A stretch of 53,342 nt of DNA, counting the filler, from Basidiobolus ranarum (taxonomy: Eukaryota), in assembly GCA_040143965.1 (NCBI GenBank). It is 2 parts of 2 records of this genome, joined end to end, with 100 filler letters (N's around TTAATTAATTAA, not from the genome) between each part and the next. Parts side by side here need not be neighbours in the genome. Positions count along the whole stretch, not along the records: positions 1 to 26,781 come from JASJQH010007005.1; 1 more part is not named here. The stretch is one strand, 5' to 3'. Each line of letters begins with the position of its first letter. The stretch's first letter is position 1. Made by a program: the position numbers and the translations under genes. The notes beneath the pieces are model-generated. The model did not search any database and was not told the origin of the DNA. It saw nothing but the letters and a program-made list of their open reading frames with translations. Positions 1 to 10,959 of this stretch are shown piece after piece.

Positions 1-34
1 CCTCATCTTCATCATGGTTACCAAATCCTACTCC

Positions 35-301
35 CTACCGACCTCTACGAGGGTATTGCTCTTCCTCATCTTCATATTGACGACCAAATCCACGACCATA
101 ACGACGACTGCGGGGGAATTGTTCCTCCTCATCATATTCGTATTGGCGACCAAATCCACGGCCAGATTGACGGCTACGAGGATATTCCTCTTCAATATCA
201 TCGTACTGACGACCATAGCGACGATTTTGTGGGCTTTGATCGAAACTCTGACCGCGGTTCTGGCGGGAGGAGCCTTGTTGAGGTTGACGATTGTAGGACA
301 T
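35..301 (-). CDS. Hydrophilic R/G/Y/E-rich tandem-repeat protein (unit ~YPRSRxxGRGFGRQYExEEE); repeat continues past the TAG to the window edge
   Basis: ATG at 301; TATAAAA on - strand at 377-383; 3-4 repeats of ~21-22 aa. After the TAG (35-37) the same frame reads GVGFGNHDEDE. Confidence 0.7.
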   Translation of the reverse strand: MSYNRQPQQGSSRQNRGQSFDQSPQNRRYGRQYDDIEEEYPRSRQSGRGFGRQYEYDEEEQFPRSRRYGRGFGRQYEDEEEQYPRRGR

Positions 302-1314
302 AACTAAAGAAGGGTTGTAGAATATGCAAGTTTAGAATTTAACTTGAGCACGATATTCTTAAAGCAGTGAGAGTGCTTTTATACTAGTTGAAGAGTAGCT
401 TGACCGCTTGTTTGGTGTCTAAGCCACAAAGTTATCTAGATATCTATTATCAAAATAGCATAGTTTTATCGAGTTACTTTTTATATTCTACTCATTTGAA
501 TATTGTCAATGATATTTTATTACACCATATTACAAAGATTAAGATTGTTAACTTCATTGAAAATGTATATCTGAGCTAAACTACATTTTGAAATTTATCA
601 CGTTATTTGGTGGCTTAGATATCTTCTCATGATTATGAGCCACATATCGGTTTACTCGTACTGCATTCTAAAACCATCATAATATAGCTACTTTCTTTGA
701 GATTGAAAATACTGATGACAAGCTACTTCAGACTGACCAAATGATTATTGAGGCAGTGCAAAGAAACGGTCAACATTTTTTGAAGATAACCGAGATAAGC
801 CCCTTTATGAATCAATAAATATCCAGAAGTATTCTAGAGCGTAATTTGGGATAGAAGACTATAATTTATAGAGATATTGATTATTGCTCTCAGATGGAAA
901 TACAGTTGAAGTAGGCATACATATTGCTCATTCATTTGCTAATACGTGGGAGAATAATCAATGAGTTGTCATATATATGGGATGGATTTGAAGCCAGATT
1001 TCTCCTGAAGTCTTGGATACGTAGTAGCACATTTATGCGAAATCTTGTCTAGTGAGGTACAAATTATAAACCGGGGAAATCCTTGATTATGGCAATAGCT
1101 TGAGTGATGGCTAAGGATAATTACCGAATTATAGTCAGAATAAGTTGGGAATCGAAAGACAGCCAATGAGCTAATCGGCAACCGAGTCACTACGATATCA
1201 GTATATAATCATACCAAAGTCCCCAGTAAACCCAAAGCGGTTCTAATTTCTTTCTTTTACTTTGACAGATAAATTAACTCACCACATCAAAATAATTACC
1301 AAACCCTTCTCATA

Positions 1315-1605
1315 ATGGACGATGAAATAACGAGGGATTTTCTGGACGATGCCCGAAGATACTATAACCTACTGTCACAGAGAACTAATAATACATACGT
1401 TCCTCTACGACGAATCCAACATCGACGCAATATGGAGCAAGCGAAGAATTTTTGCCAAAGTAATAGACGTCAACGTATTAACAGCAAGGTGTCAGTGTTG
1501 GACCTATCAGTTCGACTTGAACAGTATATGGCTCGAGCCGATGGCTTAGAGGAGACATTCCCCCCATTTTGCCCAGTTCGATCTTCAAACTCACCTGGGA
1601 TGTAA
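1315..1605 (+). CDS. Hypothetical 96-aa protein, single exon
   Basis: Clean ORF with ATG in an A-rich context; TATATAA at ~1203 and a pyrimidine-rich leader; no family recognised. Confidence 0.5.
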   Translation: MDDEITRDFLDDARRYYNLLSQRTNNTYVPLRRIQHRRNMEQAKNFCQSNRRQRINSKVSVLDLSVRLEQYMARADGLEETFPPFCPVRSSNSPGM

Positions 1606-2218
1606 TACGTTCCAGAGCCTAATGCACCTTTTAATACTTTCTATGGCATGCCAATGTATTTATATTCTTTGTAGTTTTAGCTAAACCTTTTCTGAGTATT
1701 CTTTTGTTGATCAATTGGTTTACTTATTCCTAATATAATCATCATTATGTCGTTCAAACGTCAAAACTTGGATTGAACATTTGCCTAGATAGCTGAGCCA
1801 CATGTTCTAATAATGATCAAACATTAGTATTCATTCTGGTAATCGTTTTAATGGTTGTAAAACGTACGCCTGCTCATATTATGTGAGCGTTTCAAGGGTT
1901 GGTTTCATTCCAAGGAATCAGGCGAATAATGGCATAGCATGAGTTTAATCAAATTGACGTTTCTTGTTAACTTGCTACCCAATCAAATGTTCACTCGAAC
2001 ATACTGGGCTATTGATCCTTTACCATCGTAGTGAAAATAGTGTTTAGAAATCATTAGTAATGCTACTTCTAATCTAAGGAAAGCTCCCTTGAAACGATGT
2101 TTAGTAGTGATTCAGTATAAAAGTGCCTAATTTGAATCGGAGATCGATTCCATCATTCTAGCTGCTCACATTCAATCCTCTTAGCTCAGCTTAACCAAGT
2201 GAAGGTGGAATTTATAGG

Positions 2219-4089
2219 ATGTCCTCTACCAACACTTTAAATATCATTTGGACGGCTTTGAAGCCCATATTAAAGCTGGTCATCAATGTTGGTAAGATGC
2301 AATGCGTGTACTTGGTAGAATGTTTGTTCTATAGGACTAATATCGGGGTTATAGGATTTGGAGTGTTTCTAGCGAGGAAAGGGATCCTTAATCCAGTCAC
2401 CTCGAAAGGATTATCAAAGGTATGGCTGCATATTAACTCACATGACTGGTTATCTAAGCTAAGTTTATGTTTAAACTTAGATAATCGTTAATTTCCTGTT
2501 GCCATGTTTACTTTTCTCCAAAATGGTGACCAGTATAAATGTTGAACATCTATCTCAAATGGGGTAAATAGAACAATTGAAGTGAGATTTTCATGCTTGC
2601 CAGACTAATTAATTCTCGTAGAATGTTGGCATGTGTAGTGTTATTTTATATATTTCTCGGTGCCCTTTTTGGTTTAGCTTATAGATTGTTGTTAACATTA
2701 CCAAAGAATTTTCGAAACGGGTTTGTTGGTAAAATATTCTAATTCATCTATTTCAAATGTGCTAGTAACCAATAATTCTCTCTGTGCAGCCGCTTCGATA
2801 TGGGCTAACTGGGTACGTATCTGTTGCAGGTTTCTAGGTACCTTCATATTGCTAATGTGACTTCTGATTAATAGGGAGATCTGCCTTTAGCTGTGATGTC
2901 TTCAGTTGGAGATAGTTCGCCGTTTAAACCAGGAGATAGTTCCATGGGTGTGGCTTATATGTCGGTGCTTATTGTGATGTTTAATCTCAGTTTGTTTACT
3001 TTGGGAGGGTATAAATTAGTACAACATGACTATAAAGAAATAGAACTAGACGAAGAGAATGAAGTGATTACACCAAGCGAAAAAATCAACTCGATTGGAC
3101 TACCCCCAATAGAGGAAAAGATGGATTCTTCATCCAAACAACCGATGAATAACGAAAGGTTCCCTAGTAAAAACTGTGAATCGGAGATCGCAAATATCCT
3201 ACAAAAAACTAATAACCAGAGAAGATGCTCAAGAGTTACCTTCTCTCAGATGGAATGTTCAAAAGGTGCCATTCCCGAAAGAAGACCCATGATACGCCAG
3301 TGGTCGGAGCCAACTGCTATTCCGATGCACCGTAAGGATTCGAGTGCCAGCACCCAAACAATGATGAGTGGTACTTCAAGCCTGAAAAAAACTTGCACCT
3401 CCATAGCAAATTTTCATATAATCAGTGAGGAGGAAGGTCAAGATCCAAGTGTAATAGGACATCCGGTTCGTACACGTACTACTTTCAGCAGTATCACTGA
3501 TTTCGATAAGGCCAGGCCAGAAAGGGAGGCGAAGTTAAGCACTCGCTTGATCGATATTGTCTCGGTAGTATTCTCACCTCCGAACATAGCTATTATAGCT
3601 GGAATCACCATCGGGCTAATAGATGTATTAAAGGGTATGTGGGTTAGAAAAACCACAGATAGCCCATTCGAGCCTCCTTTAGAATTTCTGTTCCAGGTCA
3701 TCACAATGGTAGGGACGGCATATTTACCTTTGTCATTAGCTAACCTCGGAGGGGCACTGGCAAAGTTTAATATTAGTGCAATACCGTTATATATTTCGCT
3801 ATCATTCGTAGTTGTAAAACTAGTAATCACTCCTATTATTGGCATTTCGACGGTTCAATTTCTCACTTACACCGTGCATTGGATTCCAGAGGATGATAAG
3901 CCTTTGCGATTCTTGGCTATGTTCGCTTCGTGTGTACCTACTGCGACCTCAATCATGGTTTTATCTCAATTCTTTAGTCCGACGGGAGAAGCCAAAGAAG
4001 TGGCCAATTTGTTGGTTTTCCAGTATATGTTTGGAATGATTACGATGGTGGGCGCATTAGTGTACATTTTAAAACTTCTATCGATATAA
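2219..4089 (+). CDS. Auxin-efflux-carrier family (Mem_trans; ECM3/PILS-like) membrane transporter, 5 exons
   Basis: Spliced N-terminus MSSTNTLNIIWTALKPILKLVINVG-FGVFLARKG...LLPCLLFSKM...WANWGDLP. C-terminal TM bundle with SPPNIAIIAG, PLSLANLG and CVPTATS; central hydrophilic loop. Confidence 0.85.
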
Positions 4090-4203
4090 TCAGCTCATTT
4101 AAGTATATAGACATTAGATGTACTTTATTAGAGCACTCGAACTAATATATAATGAATGATAAATAAATTATCGAATAGCCTCGATTAATTAGATGAAATC
4201 CAA

Positions 4204-4909
4204 CTAGTATCCCAAGCTTTTTAAGAATCCCAAAGAACAACGGGTTACTTGTCTAAAGTTATGCTCAAAACCATCTTGACCTCCATAATAGGGATCTTCA
4301 ATAACTAATTCGCCTTCAGGATCATACTTGCCAAACATTTCAACTGTGTATCAAGTGAGTTTTGATAAGTTCTATGTATGAATAAAGTTTTTTTAGAGAT
4401 TATTACCTGTAGCCTTTGAGTTCTTAGGCTTGCGTGATTTCAAGTTGGCCAAATTGGATTCATCCATACACAAAATATAGTCGAAATCAGTATAATCCTT
4501 AACGCTCACCTAATAAAGTCAAGTTAAAAATGGTAGCCTCTTAGGAGAGAAAGGGACATAAATGGACTGACTTGTCTAGCTCTGGAATTGACTGGGACTC
4601 CATGCTTTTTACATGTTGCCGTTGATCTAGAGTCGGGAGTTTCACCAACCTATTCATGTACGTTGAGCAAAATGGGCGAGATATACACGATCAAATAGAA
4701 ATACTAACGTGGTATGCGGCAGTACCTGCGCTATCAATCAAAAATTTATCGCTTAGGCCTTTAGTTTTGACTGTGTGTGCAAACACAGCTTCCGCCATAG
4801 GCGAACGACAAATGTTCCCTTGAATATGGATTAAGAACTAATGCTTCAACTTAGAAAAGTGATATTGTGACTTACCGAGACATACAAAAAGTACTTTAGT
4901 TTCAGACAT
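4204..4909 (-). CDS. LTP1: Low-molecular-weight protein tyrosine phosphatase, 5 exons (not in ORF track)
   Basis: Spliced [24 protein letters not shown] (CX5R P-loop), IDSAGTAAYHVGETPD, DFDYILCMDESN and DPYY motifs; ends SLGFLKSLGY-TAG at 4204. Confidence 0.93.
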
Positions 4910-5230
4910 TGTTCAAGAGAAAGAGTAAGCAAACGTGAGGAAAAAGGATATGTTAATGATCAACATTAGTACCACTTTTTCTAAACTCTACCAGATGCAA
5001 ACCCGATTCATATGTAACTGATAAACTAATCAGGAAATTGAATAAAGGCACGAATATTGTTTAAATCACTTAATTAAATGTTCATGACTTTGCTCTAATC
5101 AACAAATATTGGACTGTATATTTATATATTATCAAAGAACTAATCGAACAAGAAAGCCCTTGTTAGTGTATTATTAAAGCACATACGTATCCATGATAAA
5201 ACGGAATGAGAGTTAGTCTTGGGACTTAAT

Positions 5231-5777
5231 TTAAGAAGACTTCTTTTTATCTCTGAACATAACATGAGCGTGAGAAACAGTTCTAACCGACTGTGTAGTT
5301 GTAGGATTTATGAAGAAGAGAAAATCCTTATCAGGTAGTTCACGTTGAATAATTCTTTCCAGTTCCTCTAAAGAATAATCTTTACGATACCAAAATACCC
5401 AGTGACTGATACCTTTATCTAGGTTATATGGAAAGTCATTTGGGAGGAATTTGTACTCAGGACCTTCTATTGGGCGTCCCTCCGAGTCCTGCCAGCCTAG
5501 AGAAATTTGCTGAATATACACATCCATACTACCATACTCTTCTTTGACTTTATTGGTCCAGTTACGATATTTTTCTTCTTCAGCCAAGGTACGACGTAAT
5601 AGATGAACTGAATCCGTCTCTAACAGCAAAACATGTTATTACTTGATAAGAGTAGAAAGAATATATATCATTACTATTACCAATTCTGTCCTTGATGAGT
5701 TCCCAAGTTAATAGAGGCCTCTCATTAGGATTTGAACTAGGTGGATGAGAGTCTGTAGGCTGGGAGGTAGTCAGCAT
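5231..5777 (-). CDS. DUF3605 / Gig1-like (GlcNAc-induced) protein, 2 exons
   Basis: LTWELIKDRI|ETDSVHLLRR...LPNDFPY...SHWVFW...FINP...SV..VSHAHV, matching the DUF3605 pattern; one GT-AG intron at ~5621-5680. Confidence 0.8.
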
Positions 5778-6435
5778 TCTTGTTATGTTGTAATAGTTGG
5801 AAACAGAAAGAATCTAGTGTTATTTCATTGATTTATTTACTAGGGTTAGCCTAATGGTAATGAATTAACAGGAAAATTGGTGATATCGGATAGAGCAAAG
5901 ATAACGATCTCGGACATTCATTGGTACTCCAGTTATATCTTACGCAAGTATCACCCATTGGGGTTAGGGTTAACACGAAGCGATTCTCTGGAAACAGTCT
6001 CACCATATCGGTAATATATTTGGGTTCGATAATTGATCAACATGGCTGGGTCGTTCAGCTCTTGATTAAAGTGACACTTGAATCCGATTTGGGAGATATA
6101 ATATATTTCTTTGATTCATAAACAAATTTAAATATTGTCTTTATTATAAGATTGTGAAGTAGCGGTCACTCAAGGACTTTTGAATACAGTAATACAATTG
6201 TACAAACAAGAACGAAGTAAAGCCAAATACGAGCAGCAACCTAGTAATTCCTATGTTAAGCAGACTATTTGATTGCAGTATACTTTCGTGACTTATATAG
6301 GGAAAAGACAAGATATACGATCGCTAGCATTAAGTAGGGAGAAGTGGGGACAGGTAAAAGATGGACTGGGAAAAGAGAGGCAGATAAAATAATAAAGTTC
6401 GCCTTGCGCCGAGATATGTAAGTGAATTGGGAAGT

Positions 6436-7946
6436 TTAAAAAGATGACCATTCCTCATTTTCCCAATTGTCACTCTTAGCAGGAGTCTTCTTTCTAGATC
6501 TAGGTGAAAGACGGTTTGCTCCTGCGGTGCGAGGGGTACTGCCATTACTTGGAGAAGTTAGTAAGCCTTGGTTTTCATTTTCGTAATCATCATGATTATT
6601 AGAGTTAGAATTGTTGTTTAGGCCTGATCCATAGGTGTTGCTGGATTGATTATTGGAAGGTTCATAACTGGAATAATCATTATAACTCTGATCGGTGTTA
6701 GCATATCCATAAGAGCTGGTAGATCTCTGTCCTCCCTGTGAGACTGAATTGACGTATTCAGAAAACATCGATAAACCGCGAGATCCAGTCTCAGTAACGG
6801 TTCTACCAAAGGTAGACACATAGCTACCTACATTGCGCGTGAAATCAGGATCAGTCACAGTCTCTGTGGCTGGCTTCAAGACTTGCTCTTGGATCTTCTC
6901 AGCACCAACAGCAGCGAGTTTAGCTCCTTCTGAAGCGAGAACAGTTGCACCCATGGACAGCATAGACCAGCCCTTTGAAAGGTAGGCCATAGGATCTGAG
7001 AGAATATCTTGAGGATCGGATCCACTAGATCTATCAGTTGACGCATAAGCAGGGTTTCCAAAGCCACCGTATTTACCACCTTGGTTAGGAGGTACATTCT
7101 CAGGACGACTCTCGTTAACCATACCCATTCGCGCAAAGTAATCCTCATTCTTCGATTTTTGAGTATAGTTGGACTGATCAACCTCATTGGGTGAGGAATT
7201 GCTATTAAAAGAGGAACTAGAGAACGAGCGTTGAGCTTGACCTAACTTTGGTGAAGCAGCAGTCTGTTTTTTGTTGGCAATTCTGGGTGAAGAAGAACGA
7301 GAAACAGGTGCTGAAGAAACACTGAATTTACGACCTTCACATTCTGCGGATAGCTACAGAGACAATTAAAAATAATCAGAAAATCCATATGGTATGGAAG
7401 AGCATTAAAACACGATTTAGACCCTTACCTTTTCACGGTAAAGATCGGCAAAATGACTAGTATATTTTTCACGGATTGACATGCCATCGCGGTAATCAGG
7501 CTGGCTCTGGAAAAATTCTAAAGCACGTTTGTTGCCTCCCAACTATAGAAGCCTAAGTTTAGTGATAGAACGCTAATAGTACAATTATAAAGTTGACACA
7601 GTACCTCCATACGCTTTAGCTGCTCCTTAGACCATTTATCCATGGTGACAGAACGCACAAAACTTTAACCGTATTTAGTAAATACCAAAGACAACAATAT
7701 TTTTACAAGTCAAATACCTGATATGTACACCAAGAGAGCGATGAACGCCGGAACATTCCAGACAGAAGAAGATTCCAAGAGTTACAGAGGCCCATTGTGG
7801 GTTAGGAGCACCACAATCAATGCAATTCTAAACAACATAAAATGTAAGAGAAAATACTGAATAAATGTATAAAGGTATGCGCTCACTTTGTTTCCCTCTT
7901 GAGTCTGAAGATCAGCTAGGACTTTTTTGAAGTTTACAGTAGACAT
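6436..7946 (-). CDS. GCS1: ADP-ribosylation factor GTPase-activating protein (ArfGAP1/Gcs1), 5 exons
   Basis: [46 protein letters not shown] zinc finger; [12 protein letters not shown] motif; C-terminal acidic-Trp tail. Confidence 0.93.
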
Positions 7947-8483
7947 TGAGGGAGTTCAAACAACGATGAAACCTAGAGCTCTCAGTAATAAAGGGGTATA
8001 TGTATAAATAAGTAGCAAAAGGAGCTAAAAATGTGAGTATGAATTCGTACACTCAAAGGGACAAGAGGTTAGGGTGATAATAAAGTATAATAATAAATAA
8101 GTGATCACATCAAAAATGAAGTGTGCCAAAAAACAAAAATCCGCATTTCCCAAAATAATCACAATCCGGTAAACCTGTGCATATATGAACCAATAACCAA
8201 ATGAAATTGTATCATTCAAAATTTGGCAGATAATTACCGACATTTCAGCAAATTAGAACATCGTACGTTATTGCTAATTACAAGTCTCATTAATGACAAA
8301 TGGCCTACTGACTTATACTTGATGGGAAGATGATTTGAAGCTCAATTGACAAATTTATTGGAAAATGGACAAGTTGAAGCAGAAGATGAGTGAGTGAAGA
8401 TTAGGCACAATATTATCATTTGTAGCTAATTTTTATAGGTTTTTATAAAATTACAACAGTGTGCCGGTAAGATGTATGCTGAA

Positions 8484-9005
8484 TTAAGCAGACTCTTTGA
8501 TTTCCTCTTCCTTGGAAGCTTCTTCAAAGTTCTCGACTAATTCAGGAATATCCTCTTCGTCTTCGGCAGCACCCTCAGCTTGTTGATAAGCTTCAGCAAG
8601 CTTGCGAAGGGAAGCGAGGGATTCAGGGCCGAGTTGGTGAAGGATGTTGGGGATGAGCTCGGTGAGCTCTTTGTCTTCACCCTTTCCGGAAATAACGAAG
8701 GTGTTGGATTGAGCGGAAGCAGCAACTAAAAAATATCACAGTTTAACTACAGTTATAAATAAACTAACGAGAGTTGATAAAGTACCCTTAGGAGTGTTGA
8801 AGTGGAGAACTCTGCCGTCATCTTTGAACATGTTGACTTCCTCAATAGTAGGAATAGTTTGAACGTTCAACTTCTTGATAAGGCCTTGGAGCTTCTTATC
8901 ATCGACGCCAGCGGCTTTGGTGGTCTTCTTGACCTTACGGCGAGGAGTACCTTTGCCACCAATACGGACTTGGGATTGAAGCTTGGCGAGTTTCTCTGGA
9001 TTCAT
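8484..9005 (-). CDS. EGD1: Nascent polypeptide-associated complex beta subunit (BTF3/Egd1); one coding intron plus a 5'-UTR intron (9016-9211)
   Basis: [27 protein letters not shown]...[11 protein letters not shown]...; exon 2 ...[20 protein letters not shown]...[13 protein letters not shown] at 8484. Confidence 0.95.
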
Positions 9006-9424
9006 GATTGCTTTCCTTATTTAAACGAAGTTAGTTCTCAAGAGTTTAAAATCACCATCACTGTTGCTACAATAAGGCCCTTCTTGACAATCTGAAGCAG
9101 AATCGTTTGTCAGGCAAAATACCAAAGGCATAACGAGTCGGAATCAAGAAGGAAAAGAACTACGAGTTGGATGGATTGTATCCTTTCAGTAAAGATAATG
9201 CGATAACATACCGTGGCCAACAAAAGTAGAAATTGAAGGAGAAGGAATTTCAATCGAAGTCGAAATCATCTCAATACACTTTCCACATCCGAACATTTCG
9301 GCTGAATCCAAAATTTTCTTATCGGAGTCCCCCTGAAATATCATGATTTCAGCAATCCAAGAATCCCATGGTATTTCTATGCAACTCTCGTCATCCTAGA
9401 GAGCCACCCCACTAATTGGTGTCG

Positions 9425-9473
9425 TAAGATGAATGAGCCTTGATGTCCATTTGGGCTAAGATGAATGAGCCGC
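9425..9473 (+). promoter_or_regulatory. 15-bp direct repeat TAAGATGAATGAGCC x2 in the EGD1/calmodulin divergent promoter, including a Crz1-like TGAGCCGC site
   Basis: Exact copies at 9425-9439 and 9457-9471; TGAGCCGC at 9466-9473. Confidence 0.5.
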
Positions 9474-9849
9474 ACATTCAATTTTATAGTTTCAACCATG
9501 TTCGCATATCACCCACACCCACACCCTGCTGTCACTCTACAACCGCCGTGGATTCAGGTGATCCACGTCAAGTAAACGTAACCATTTCAATTTCTACAAT
9601 CTCTGTAATGGTCCATAGGGTTAGGTAGTCAAACCTGACTTAGTAATGCATCAATTGGCAAACGGGCAATAACTGGATTATGATATGAATGTGGAGCCAC
9701 TGAATTTCTGCATTTGATTGGGCTACAAAGCTCGATCGTAGCTGATTTGCTGTCAGAAAACTGCCCACATACTGCCCTTTATAGAGCTTACGATTCCCAT
9801 GGAGCCAATTTAGAATTCCACTCTTCTTGCTTTTCTCTACTTTACTATC

Positions 9850-10426
9850 ATGGTATGTATTTATTGAAATTATCGCCGTCCCAAGACCTATTTTAACTGA
9901 CTACTTATTGACTTAGGCTAACCAACTCACCGAAGAACAAATCGCTGAATTTAAGGAAGCTTTCTCCCTTTTCGATAAAGATGGTGATGGCAGCATCACT
10001 ACCAAGGAGCTCGGTACCGTAATGCGCTCTCTCGGCCAAAACCCCACCGAGGCCGAATTACAAGACATGGTCAGCGAAATTGATGCTGATGGTAATGGCC
10101 AAATTGATTTCACCGAATTTTTGACCCTCATGGCCCGTAAGATGAAGGACACTGATTCCGAGGAAGAGATCAAGGAAGCTTTCAAGGTCTTCGATAAAGA
10201 TGGCAACGGCTTCATCTCTGCCGCTGAACTTCGTCATGTCATGACCAACCTTGGTGAGAAGCTTACTGATGAAGAGGTTGACGAGATGATTCGTGAAGCC
10301 GATGTCGATGGTGATGGTCAAATCAATTACGACGAGTTCGTCAAAATGATGGTATGTACACGACTATAACATTGGATGGTCTTGGTTGTTAACTAACTTT
10401 TTTCATTCATTTAGATGACCAAATAA
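9850..10426 (+). CDS. CMD1: Calmodulin, 3 exons (9850-9852, 9917-10351, 10415-10426)
   Basis: ATG|gtatgt...ttag|[25 protein letters not shown]... with four EF-hands; ends VKMM|MTK-TAA. Confidence 0.97.
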
Positions 10427-10959
10427 ATGCCACGATGAACGGTATTTTCATCGAAATATTTATATAAACAAGTCATGCTTCCATACATACTTTCCTGAAT
10501 CTCGCGTACCATTTGGATACTCATAATAAAATACAATCTTCAATTGTCCAATACTGAAGTCACCACAAAGACGTATCTTAATTTCATTGGCCCATTCGAA
10601 TTTGAATTTAGCATTGATGTATCTCTAGAGTTTTAGAACTGATCTGGTATTACGTAGAATGACTTGCCCAATGAATTGACGAATCACCATCGCGAATTGA
10701 TTTAACGATGCTTTGACATTCTAAAGCTACCACAGATGACTAACGATATTTCTATCAGTAGCCAAGAGACTCATAACACGTAGTTAGCTTCTAAAAAATG
10801 ATTTTATTGTGTGAAAATGTTTACATGGATGAAATGATGGACGATGTTAGGCCAAGGGTAAGTAGTATTGAATTGCTAATATTATTCGCCAAGAAAACTA
10901 ATCATCATTGGTGGGCCTGTAGAGTGGATAAAAAACTTATTGCAAGCACGTCTCTATAT

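Noticed and set aside
415-622. Inverted TCTAAGCCAC...GTGGCTTAGA flanking ~200 bp of AT-rich DNA (MITE-like)
   Set aside because: No TSD or second copy; better explained as two opposed copies of the recurrent promoter motif.
4942-4951. ATATCCTTTT on the - strand upstream of LTP1 (AT-AC U12 donor-like)
   Set aside because: Only ~40 nt to the ATG, no convincing branch point, and no coding constraint to validate it.
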